Origin: Chiloscyllium plagiosum
Taxonomy: Eukaryota
Length of the DNA stretch: 64,000 nucleotides
Assembly (NCBI RefSeq): GCF_004010195.1
Contig: NC_057724.1
Coordinates: forward strand, 54,564,490-54,628,489
Reading direction: 5' to 3'
A program made the position numbers and the translations under genes. Below are positions 50,643 to 62,129 of the stretch, piece by piece (positions within the stretch are counted from its first letter, which is position 1; each line of letters opens with the position of its first letter). Under the pieces are notes generated by a model. It was given only the letters and a program-made list of their open reading frames with translations. It was not told where the DNA came from and searched no databases.

Positions 50643-53288
50643 CTTAATGCAATGTAGTTAATGACTGACAACTTCAGAGCTTCTGCACATGTTGATACTT
50701 TTCTTGAAAGCACATTTCTACTCTCTCAGTAACATGCTGTCACACTAGGATCTCTAATGTCTAAAACAATCTTATCTCTGATGAGGCCAGTTTTCAGTTG
50801 TTCATTCTTCCAAAATTCAGATAAATCTGTTAGTATTGTTACAGAGTGATAAATATTTTGCCTTTCCCTCAAGCTTTGATGATAAACATATGCTATTCAT
50901 AAGTAACATTATTAGAGGGTTCAAAGTAAGTATTCAAAGTCTTCAAATATCTTTTGTATGGGGTTTTTGTTCCTTAGGGTGTGCAATATAACTTGTGATA
51001 CATTTGCCAGCACTGATAACTGAATTGCTCCTCTTATTTGATGAGTTTTTTAAAAATTTAATTCAGTCGCTATTTCATTGTTTTGCCAGTGAGACTGCAA
51101 AAACTTCCAATTAAAGACAGAATTTTCCACTCCCTGCAGCAGTATAGGCAATGGTGAGCAGGTCGGAAAAATATCATTGGAATCAAAACATCAGATTTCC
51201 AAAGTTGAGAAACAGAATTGCAATTTTCCCTTAGGGTTTAAATAGAGAGTTTTTTTTTAAACAGAGCTTTGGAGTTGAAGAGCATGTAAAATTTTCATGC
51301 CTCTGCCATTTGATTTTACGTAAGACAAACATGTATCTCATAATTGCATACAGGATGCATCTTATGACTTACAAATTATTTTCTTACCACTCATTCACTT
51401 TGTTCTCACTTAGAGTCTGCAGGCTTTGGTTTTCGTGCATAGGCTCTTCAGTCCTAACTTATTGGCTGTTCATCTCTATGATTTGCATTGCTGTTTAGAG
51501 CAGAAGGAGAGGCAGGCATTTTGCTGACATCCAGAGCACTGAATGGTAAAGGAGGTGGACATGTTACTGTATGGCACTGTGCTACATCAATATCATGACT
51601 GCAACACGTGCCAGTACTTTACACAGAAAACATACTGCATGGGCTTCAACCAACTGGCCATGTCTGACAGTCAAATGGAACCGGTCTTTAGTGGAGTGAA
51701 GGGAAATCAGGGTCAGTCAGGGAGTGCCATCACAGTCATTCAAGGGGCTCTGTCCAAAAGGTTGGTCATGATCAGTTAAACACTTGAGTCTACCAGAGTT
51801 TGGGGTTTCATGTTCTTGCAGTCCAGGGATTGGGCATGGGCAGTCCTGCAGGTTGACTGCAATCAGTCTGGGATTATAAGTACATTAATCAGGAGGCTGT
51901 AAAGACATCCATCTTGGGACTGGGCCATTCTCAATCAGGACTGTCATGCCAAGTCACCATCATTCAAAATGAGGGTGTGTCAATTCACAAAGATGTGACC
52001 TCAGGAGAAATTTGGAACATTAATGGTTATATAAAGGGGATGAATGGAAACATAGGGAGCTTGGAAGGTCATTGAAGGTTAGGGGGTATCATCATTCATC
52101 TTAAGTGAAGCCTGAAAATCATGATAAGGAGATAAAGTTGAACCTTAATTCTTTCAATCCAAAGCCAACTGTGCAATAATGACGCAAAACCCTCTGCCAT
52201 AAGACAGAGCTTCTAGGAGACAAGGAAATTCACAAAACCTTTCAAACTTGCCTTATAATTCTATTATGAAACCTTCACATAGACCCACAGAGTAGAGATA
52301 CAATACAGCTCACACATTTACCATAGCACAACAAACCATAGGCCTCCTTAACATGAGGTTTTGATGGCTGCACCACTCTGGCCAAGCCTTGTAATATTAA
52401 CCTAGAAAGGGGATGCCACATCTTTATGGCATGGTATGCCTTCACTACTAAAGCTAATGAATGGGTATGTCCTGAAAGCAAATAAAATGATGGCTTAAGA
52501 ACAATCTTCCTAGGATGAGGTTGAGGACATTGACCAGGCAGAACTTAAAAGTGTCCATCATAGAGCTATGCACCATAGAACATAGGAAAATTTGGAGAAC
52601 CTCATTGAAATCTACTTCCAGCTTGAATGAGCTGGGCTGTGTTAATTTCTGCTGGTTATGTTGCAAATAGTCTCTGACTGGTTTGAAGTACTTGTAAATC
52701 AGGTTATTTCTGCAATCCTTGAACACTTCTGTTTTTAAATGTTTTCTGTATGACTGTAAGGATGGAATCCTCAGGTCCCTTCTGGCAAGAGGGGGGTTAA
52801 CTTGCCTTTCTGTCCAGCGTCCTCATAACTGATGATAGCTGAAAATGTGTTGCTGGAAAAGCGCAGCAGGTCAGGAGAATAGGAGAATCGACATTTCGGG
52901 CATAAGCCCTTCTTCAGGAATGAGGAAAGTTTGTCCAGCAGGCTAAGATAAAAGGTAGGGAGGAGGGACTTGGGGGAGAGGCGTCGGAAATGTGATAGGT
53001 GGAAAGAGGTCAAGGTGAGGGTGATAGGTCGGACGGGGGGGGGGGCGGAGAGGTCGGGAAGAAGATTGCAGGTTAGGAAGGCGGTGCTGAATTCGATGGA
53101 TTTGACTGAGACAAGGTGGGGGGAGGGGAAATGAGGAAACTGGTGAAACCCGCGTTCCTGCCTTGTGGTTGGAGGGTTCCTAGGCAGAAGATGAGGCGCT
53201 CTTCCTCCAACCATCATTTTGTTGTGGTCTGGCGATGGAGGAATCCAAAGATCTGCATATCCTTTGTGGAGTGGGAGGGGGAGTTGAA

Positions 53289-53958
53289 NNNNNNNNNNNN
53301 NNNNNNNNNNNNNNNNNNNNNNNNNNNNNNNNNNNNNNNNNNNNNNNNNNNNNNNNNNNNNNNNNNNNNNNNNNNNNNNNNNNNNNNNNNNNNNNNNNNN
53401 NNNNNNNNNNNNNNNNNNNNNNNNNNNNNNNNNNNNNNNNNNNNNNNNNNNNNNNNNNNNNNNNNNNNNNNNNNNNNNNNNNNNNNNNNNNNNNNNNNNN
53501 NNNNNNNNNNNNNNNNNNNNNNNNNNNNNNNNNNNNNNNNNNNNNNNNNNNNNNNNNNNNNNNNNNNNNNNNNNNNNNNNNNNNNNNNNNNNNNNNNNNN
53601 NNNNNNNNNNNNNNNNNNNNNNNNNNNNNNNNNNNNNNNNNNNNNNNNNNNNNNNNNNNNNNNNNNNNNNNNNNNNNNNNNNNNNNNNNNNNNNNNNNNN
53701 NNNNNNNNNNNNNNNNNNNNNNNNNNNNNNNNNNNNNNNNNNNNNNNNNNNNNNNNNNNNNNNNNNNNNNNNNNNNNNNNNNNNNNNNNNNNNNNNNNNN
53801 NNNNNNNNNNNNNNNNNNNNNNNNNNNNNNNNNNNNNNNNNNNNNNNNNNNNNNNNNNNNNNNNNNNNNNNNNNNNNNNNNNNNNNNNNNNNNNNNNNNN
53901 NNNNNNNNNNNNNNNNNNNNNNNNNNNNNNNNNNNNNNNNNNNNNNNNNNNNNNNNNN
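53289..53958. other. Assembly gap (670 N)
   Basis: Run of N. Confidence 1.
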
Positions 53959-54024
53959 AGATCAGAGCTGAAAATGTGTTGCTGGAAAAGCGCAGCAGGT
54001 CAGGCAGCATCCAAGGAGCAGGAG

Positions 54025-54060
54025 AATCGACGTTTCGGGCATGAGCCCTTCTTCAGGAAT
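54025..54060 (-). ncRNA. Minimal hammerhead ribozyme motif (further copies 52886-52921 - and 54440-54475 +)
   Basis: ATTC-CTGAAGA-AGGGC-TCAT-GCCC-GAAA-CGT-C-GATT; intact core and stem II. Confidence 0.7.
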
Positions 54061-57000
54061 GGGGAAAGTTTGTCCAGCAGGGTAAGATAAAAGGTAGGGA
54101 GGAGGGACTTGGGGGAGGGGCGTCGGAAATGTGATAGGTGGAAAGAGGTCAAGGTGAGGGTGATAGGTCAGACTGGGGTGGGGGCGGGGAGGTCGGGAAG
54201 AAGATTGCAGGTTAGGGAGGCGGTGCTGAATTTGATGGATTTGACTGCGACAGGCTGGGGGGAGGGGAAGTGAGGAAACTGGTGAAATCCGAGTTCATCC
54301 CTTGTGGTTGGAGGGTTCCCACCCCAGTCTGACCTATCACCCTCACCTTGACCTCTTTCCACCTATCACATTTCCGACGCCGCTCCCCCAAGTCCCTCCT
54401 CCCTACCTTTTATCTTAGCCTGCTGGACAAACTTTCCTCATTCCTGAAGAAGGGCTTATGCCCGAAAAGTCGATTCTCCTGTTCCCTGGATGCTGCCTGA
54501 CCTGCTGCGCTTTTCCAGCAACACATTTTCAGCTCTGATCTCCAGCATCTGCAGACCTCACTTTCTCCTCATAACTGATGATAGTCAAACAGCACACTGT
54601 GATGGGGAGTTAATGTCTTACCGTGCCTGAAGCACTGTGGAGGCAGAGTTAAAATTTGTTGGCAGTGCAATTTTCAATTTATCAGCAGTGGTGAGCATAC
54701 CCATCTCTCTCACTGCTCAAACCCATGAACTGAGAACTGCATTGGCCAGTTACATAATTAATGAGCTGAAGAGATCACAATGACATGAAAAAGGCCAATA
54801 TGGGCAATGGTGAATTATTAGCCATTAATCTCATCAAGAAAAATTCAGCTCTCTGTGTCATATCTCATTTCAATGCCACAGTGGCTGGGAGTGGAAAATT
54901 CGTAGCCATTCTGACCACCAAGCAATTCAAATTTTTAGGTTGCAGTTTTAATTCTTTGCTTTTTTAGTTACAGTGTCTCACTCATCTACAGAAAATTCAC
55001 TTAATCTCAACTCCATACATCTGACATCGTGTTTCATGTGAAGTATTTACGGGTTGCCACAAAGTAAAGTTAGCCAAACTCCAACAATTGTCACATGACT
55101 GTGACAAGTCAACAAAATGATGTATAAATGTATTTCTCTAAAAATAAAACTGGGATGTTCCAGAGATCAGAATTTATAATTACTGACTAAATTATTGATT
55201 AAAGAACATTAAATTTCTCAGTAGTCTTATTTTCTTAACTTTTGCTGTAAACTGTATTATCATGAAATCATCAGCTCAGCATAGAATTCTCAGTTTTACA
55301 TGTATGCATGGGTTATATGTAACTGCAAGTGGAGATTCTGCTACTTTCTGAATAAATGCCATAGAGAAGTGGATTATTTTATGCTGTTCAAATGAAATAA
55401 AAATAGTATCTTTAAAGGGCAAGTGACAATTTAAAATAAAATGTAAGTAGATGAGATGAAAGAAATGATACAGTATTATAATGGAATTTCTTATCACAAG
55501 GAGAATATTTGATTGTGCTACTATAAATGTGCTTGTCAAGAGCTAAGAAAAGAGGAGCCAGTTATCCCTTGATGCCCTTACCTAGCAAAACCTCTCATTT
55601 CAGAACTTTAGTTGTTTTAACATCCACAGCTTTGGTGGGGGTGGAGGTGGGGAGAGGATGGGGAGACCATTCTAATACATTTTGTTTATGTCATTCCTAT
55701 TTTTACGAATTTGTGTTATATTTGTGCAAAGTCAGGGAGATCCTGTGGCCTTTAAAAATGGAGGGCAAAACCCAGATTTGGAAGTCTTGCCCCTTTGTAT
55801 GACAGATTTATTTTCTGCTGACTGTGGAAAGAGGGTGTGGCTTATTTCACACATTTGGAAACTCAGCAGGGCTATTTGAACTCAATTCTGAGTTTAGACC
55901 TCATTTTTTTGTTGCTAGGGTTTTGTAGAAGCCATGCATTGATGACAAGGCTAGAAGATCTGATAGTGTCTGTGTAACTGACATGATTTTGAGTATTATA
56001 AATGCCTCACTCATTAAACTTTGAAAAATAATAGGATGCAGTGAGCATTCAAAAACAATTAAAATATTTGGGGATGGCAAGATAAATCCAAATTCATATT
56101 CTTGAATACTTCCATCCTCCACAGGAGGCTGCCTGGGGATCAGAAAGACTTATTTCGGAACTGGAAAGGAGAGAACATGATCAAAATGGTGTGATATTGC
56201 TGGGCTTGATACATTTATTGAGGCACTACTGACTATAAAGTTGGCTTAGTTGTCACTCAAGACACACTTTCTAGTCATTTAAACCATCTGCCGTAAGATA
56301 GTTGGCAGAATGTTCCTCTATGAAGAAATCTGGGAAATTGACAAACCTGGGAAAATGCTGTTTCCTGTAGCAAATATACATAGCACAAACTAGGTTGCTT
56401 TGATAGCTAAAGCGCACTGTGCTTCCGTTCTTTTAGAAGAAAATTATTGATAACACAAAGCATGCAATCTTTTCTTTGGTCAAGCCTCAATTAAAGGGTC
56501 AGTGATTTTGAGTCTTTGAAAACTGTAGAGAAGGCAACCACTAGCTGCATGGATTACTGCCATCCTCAGTTAAGTCCAGGGCACAAAGGATCAAGGCTGG
56601 TCTTCCAACCAGGAGACCAACTGAGACTTCCAAGAGTCAATTAATGACCAACTGAGAGTCTTTGCTTACTAGTAGTCTTTGCTTACTAGTATTCTACTTG
56701 TGATATTGAGGGGGGCACTGCCATGCCATGTCAGGATACTGCCAGGAATTTCCTCAGCAGCCTACCACTGTCCTGGTGGAGATCCTGATGCTCAGGCAAA
56801 CTGTGCCCAATGGAGCCACCAACTGACAGCAAGGACACATTGTATATGGCTGTCATGAAGAAAGCAAAATTTATAGGACTACTGACCAAATACTACATTT
56901 TATCTACATGTGGATTATAATTCAAAATTAGTGGCTTTTTAAACTGTGGATAAGGAAGCAAGTTTTTCCACTGTTGGTAATCCTACTTGATTGTGATCAC

Positions 57001-57147
57001 ATTGAAATGAAACAAAATGTGCAGACAATAGTGAGTTAGCAATCCCATTTTAGAACACTCTTTATTTTTATTCTCATCCACTTTAATGACCTTAGCAGAT
57101 AGAAGTAACATGGACATGAGCAAAATTGTCATCATGAGATGACAAAT

Positions 57148-57380
57148 GGGGCAGCATGGTGGCTCAGTGGTTAGCACTGCTGCCTCACAGCACCAGGGAT
57201 CACAATCCAAAGGTGTGCAGGTGAGGTAAATTGGCCATGCTAAATTACCCATAGTGTTCAGGGATGTGTAGGTTACATGCGTTATGGGTAATGGGTTTAG
57301 GTGGAATGCTCTTCGAGGATCGGTGTGGACTTGTTGGGCTGAAGGGCCTGTTTCTACACTGTAGGGATTCTACGATTCTA
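57148..57380 (+). mobile_element. HE1-like V-SINE with internal deletion
   Basis: Head jumps directly to CACAATCCAAAGGTGTGCAGG; tail intact. Confidence 0.85.
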
Positions 57381-57567
57381 AGATGTCTGGCCCAAGCTTC
57401 CTCTCAATTGACTTTAATGAACCAATTCACAACCCCAAGTGAAGCTGCAAATTCTGGAAATTGGATGGAATGTCAAATCACAAAACCACCCAGGATCTAA
57501 TAACAACTTATCAACAGAAGAAAATCATTTTATATTGTAATGAAATGTGCTTGTGCAGGAAATGCAC

Positions 57568-57906
57568 TTAGAATCATAGAATCCCTACAGTGTAGATACA
57601 GGCCATTTGGCCCATTGAGTCTACATTAACCCTCTGAAGAGCATCCCCCCCACCTCCCCCAGACCCAACTTCTACTCTATCCCTGTCGCTCTGCATTTCC
57701 CATGGCTAATCCACCTAGCCTGCACATTGCTGGACACTATGGGCAATTTAGCATGGCAAATACACTTAACCTGCACATCTTTGGACTGTGGGAAGAAACC
57801 TACACAGACACAGGGAAAATGTGCAACTTCCACACAGAGAGCCACCCAAGGCTGGAATTGAATACCCCTAGTGCTGTGAGGCAGCAATGCTAACCACTGT
57901 GTCACC
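57568..57906 (-). mobile_element. HE1-like V-SINE
   Basis: Tail, V-domain and head on - strand. Confidence 0.9.
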
Positions 57907-59649
57907 TTTTTATCAAGATGTAATATGAAAGAACTCGTGGAACAGGAGTACAGATGAAACTTCTCCATTAGCAAATAAATTCTAAATCTATCTGTAAATA
58001 TTTCATTGGATGCTATGTTAAGTGGAACTTCTGTTAAAGATAAGACTTCACTTCCTCTATATTATTACCATTGAGACTAACAATGAAATACTACTTTGTG
58101 CAATAAAAGGTTTTCTTAAGATTAAGAGAGCTGCACTCTTCACTTGATGCTGATTTGAAGATGCACACCTAAATCCATGCATAAGATAAAGGACTATTTC
58201 CTGTTTTCTGGATGTAATAGAAATCTCTCAATTATTTTCATCTGTTCAATATATAAGTAGCACAGTTCATAGTATAAATAAATCTTCCATCTTTAATACT
58301 GATTAAATATCGCCTTGACTGTAAAGGAGTATTATTTCTCATATGTTGTAATTATCTGGTCTTTTTAGTTAAATGAGTACTAATTGCATGAAACCACATG
58401 TTTTGAGAGGTGTACTCCCTACATTTTTAACAGGTTTAGAATGGCTGCAAATGTTAGGAGGTAGCTTTGAGATGCCAATAATTCGTTTTCCTTAAATAAA
58501 GGAAACAACAATTCTGTGTCTTGTATGGACACTGCAGCACTGAATTGTTTTTTTCTGTTTAAGGTGGATATCACCTACCACTAAGTGTAGACACTTCCAG
58601 GAATTCAGATCTCTTGGAATAGTTTTTATTGTCTAAGTTGGCGTAGAGAGGAATAGAGAAATTTTCCACATTTGGCCGAGGCTTTTATCTGTGTTCTTTT
58701 GTCTGTCCCAGGAGAACGCTTGTTCTTTTTAAATAGCATGGTATATACTTTTTTTGACTGTCTATTGTGTGCGGCAGGCTGGAAGGTTTTGAAAATCTAT
58801 TTCCTATCCATCTGTGTAATCCAGTGAGATTACTTGTGCCAAACATCCAACATATTTGTTATGATCAAATAATACAATAGCATATCTTTTTTGATTCCTC
58901 ACAAGTTTATTTTCACCTATATTAATATTCAAGAAAATTTTGCTCTTTAAATGCAGTTTCTGCAGTGATTTTAAACACATTCTACCTAGTTACTGTGCGA
59001 CATTTGTTTTACAGTTTCACAAGTATTAAGATCACTGAGCATATTTTACCAGATACTAAATATTACCTAAATACCTGCTTAGATCCAGTTGTATGCTAAT
59101 GTGTACTTTATTACCTAGCTAAATGAAATGAAGTTTGGAAAAGATAATGTTTGTTGCTTAATAATGCTATGGATCCTACTCACTTTTACATATTATCATG
59201 TATTTCAACCTCATCTATTGTAAAATTAATCTCTCAAATCTTTTTTGAAGACTCTTTGAAGTGTGCAATGCATGATGCAGACTGCACAACGCACTGCATA
59301 CATGTGCATACTCAAATAATAACAAAGTTTTGAAACATGCCTACATGTTAATCATGATCACAGATCTTTCCTTCTGAGAATTTCTCAGTATTTACAAGTA
59401 ATCTGTCAGTGCTTCCATTGCATACAATAGGTATTATCGCTATATTAAGATAATCATCAGTCTATCAGTTGGATAATTTAGGAATTCCATGATTATAATC
59501 CATGATCAGAATAAAATGACAAATAAGTTAGCAAATGGAAAAGCTAGTTTTGGGAATTTACATGCTATTGAAATTAATAGACCTGACTTTGCAAGGCTGT
59601 CTTGGTACCCTTGGGTAAGGTTCTAGGAAATGCTTTCTAGGAAAATTCA

Positions 59650-59950
59650 GGGGTGGTATGGTGGCTCAGTGGTTAGCATTGTCACTTTACAGCACCAGGG
59701 ATCCAGGTTCAATTTCTGCCTTGGGTGTCTGTCTGTGTGCAGTTTGCATACTCTCCCCGTGTTTGTGTGGGTTTCCTCCCACAGTCCAAGGATGTGCAGG
59801 TCAGCTGAATTGGCCATGCTAAATTGCCCATAGTGTGAGGTGCATTAGTCAGAGGGAAATGGGTCTGGGTGGGTTACTCTTCAAAGGGTCGGTGTGGACT
59901 TGTTGAGCTGAAGTACCTGTTTCCACATTGTAGGGAATCTAATCTAATCT
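59650..59950 (+). mobile_element. HE1-like V-SINE
   Basis: Head, V-domain, (AATCT)n tail. Confidence 0.9.
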
Positions 59951-61447
59951 TGTCTATATTACAAGGATGCAATCTGGATCAGCTCAAACATGTTTCATAT
60001 AAGGAGATAACTATTCCATAGCTGACATTATATTATTCTACATGTTTCATATTTGCAGGTATATTTTAATGCATTTTGCCCTATGCATTAATAGATTATT
60101 TCAGGAAAATCATCATTATTATGTATCTTTTGGGGGTTGGAGTTCCTGTCGATACGTCTCTCTACACTTCTGAATTTCCCTGCAAATAATATCATAAAAG
60201 TAATGAGAATGAGTATTCTTTTGTGAGTTCTGATTGTGCTACATAATTTAGATGAGGAAATAAATCACACAAGGGACCTACAAGTCTGAAGTGTAATTAC
60301 CCTCCAAACATCTTTTGCCACACACGTCACTATCCCAGAGTCCTCTTAACAGATGCCCGCATATTTGCTGGGACTTATCAGCATTTACGAATTTTAAGCC
60401 ATTGTGTGTCACATGAAATTTGCCAGAGATCTGTATTATGTGCTGAAAGATAACTTGCATTTAGAATTCGGATGTTGAAGAATTGAGGCTCTTCAAATTC
60501 ATCCATGATTTGTACGAACAGAAAATAGTTACAGACAATTAACTTTCAGATATTTCTGTATCTATAACTGTTTTTAACAATAGATCACCATCCACAAAGA
60601 AACCATCATGCCTTCATTAGGTTGAAGTTCACGCTGTCCACATTACTTAAAGGAAATTAAACTCTGAGGAATGATATCAGCAAGAAGTCACCCTTATTTT
60701 GAAGCCATGATTCTTGAACAATTAAAATCCCCTGGACTTGAATACTTGAAAGAAAGTCAAGACTCTGTTGGAAAATGGAAGAAGAGACAGAATTTTTGGG
60801 GGGGTCAGGATCTTGCTAACTGGCTGGAGAGCCTGTACAACACCCACAGTGCTTCTTCTAAGAAAGGTCAACCAAACCACATTCCAGTCAGACAGTGGAT
60901 GTATCACTAGTACATCTACCTCAAAAATTATGGTTGCAGGGTAGATGTCCTGCCTAATGAGAGCTGCCAGTCAATCTGAGGCTAACAGTGTTTGTTCTCA
61001 GCTAGAACAGCACCCCCAGAGTCTTAGGAACCTGAGGGTATTGGACACAGGAAAGCTATTTGGGGAAGTGTGTGGAAAAATTGGGCTAGTTATCATGGGG
61101 ATACAATGGAGGGGATAGGATATAAGGGCAGGACGTTGGCTCCCATGGGCACTGTCTTGTTTGATATTCAATCCTTCATTGATTATCTTTGATTGAGGGG
61201 AAACCCCCACCCCTGCCAAGGTGAGAAATTACCAAGAGGGCATGTAATGATTACTACATGGCAACAAACCCACCTGAAGCTGGATTAACACCAGTGGTGT
61301 CAAGCTAGGGTTCTTTAGTGGTCATTAATTGGTAGTATATGAAGGGCAATCATAGACCTTTCCACCCAGAACATGACATCTTTCCTGGAGACAGAGTTTA
61401 GAAATGCCACCACCAATATTTTCTCAAAGCTGTGTGGCTGCACATAC

Positions 61448-61554
61448 GCTCAGCTCTTCTGATGATCCACAAATGGCCGATTGCAGTGTACGATGCAGAT
61501 CGTAGCAGTGATTTCCACTTGCGGAGGTCACTACCATACCCGTGCCTTGGACAT
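61448..61554 (-). CDS. Candidate 107-bp internal exon of an unidentified gene
   Basis: Branch point and acceptor CTAACTTCATTTTCTTCTGTGCAG, donor GAGC|GTATGT, CpG-retaining unique sequence, two open frames; no protein recognised. Confidence 0.4.
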
Positions 61555-62129
61555 CTGCACAGAAGAAAATGAAGTTAGAGAGAACGCTGGCCAGTACCCA
61601 ATCTAATGAAGAGTCCTCTTGCCTCCAATTTACTACCTCTGGGAGTTGAAAACTACTTTCAGAAATATGCAAAAGGGCAATGATTGTTTGCAAATCTTCC
61701 AATACCTCCCAGAGAATGTAGAATTTCCAGGTTAGATGTGTGCTATGCTTAAAGAGCACCACATAAAATTTATACAAAATGAGCACCCCTCTTTTTGCCT
61801 CCCCCAGATATCATGTTGAACTGCATTTGCAGCCAAGGTACAAGGGACATGGCTGACTGCATTAACTCAATTCATAGCTTCCTTCCAAATGCCTCTAAAT
61901 ACCTGCAAATGACCATGTATATTTCTACTGATGGAAAATTGTGATGAAAAATATTGTGACAACAGGCAAAATTATATATAGGGAGACAATTGTATTGTGG
62001 GAATGTCACTGGATGAATAATCCAGAGGTCCAAACTAATGTCCTGGGGAGATGGGCTCAAATCCCAATGTAGTAACTGGCAGAAATTAAATTCAATTCCT
62101 AAAATAGAAATCTAGAATTTATTCAATCT

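Larger units (their letters stand above)
52839..54565 (-). mobile_element. Young Penelope-like family A element: two tandem terminal repeats plus an inverted one, with GIY-YIG 3' end
   Basis: Minus strand FNSPSHSTKDMQIFGFLH...LEEERLIFCLGTLQPQG (53160-53288); 19-bp TSD TCCTCATAACTGATGATAG (52820-52838, 54566-54584). Confidence 0.9.
51115..54907 (+). mobile_element. PIF/Harbinger transposon relic with both TIRs, carrying a young Penelope-like insertion
   Basis: Inverted match GAATTTTCCACTCCC at 51120-51134 and 54887-54901; transposase remnants LLGDK (~52210), QQTIGLLNMRF*WLHHSGQAL*Y (52328-52396), acidic tail ending ENLIEIYF (~52620). Confidence 0.7.

Noticed and set aside
53116-54090. Longest ORFs in the track (269-324 aa)
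   Set aside because: Artefacts of reading through the N gap
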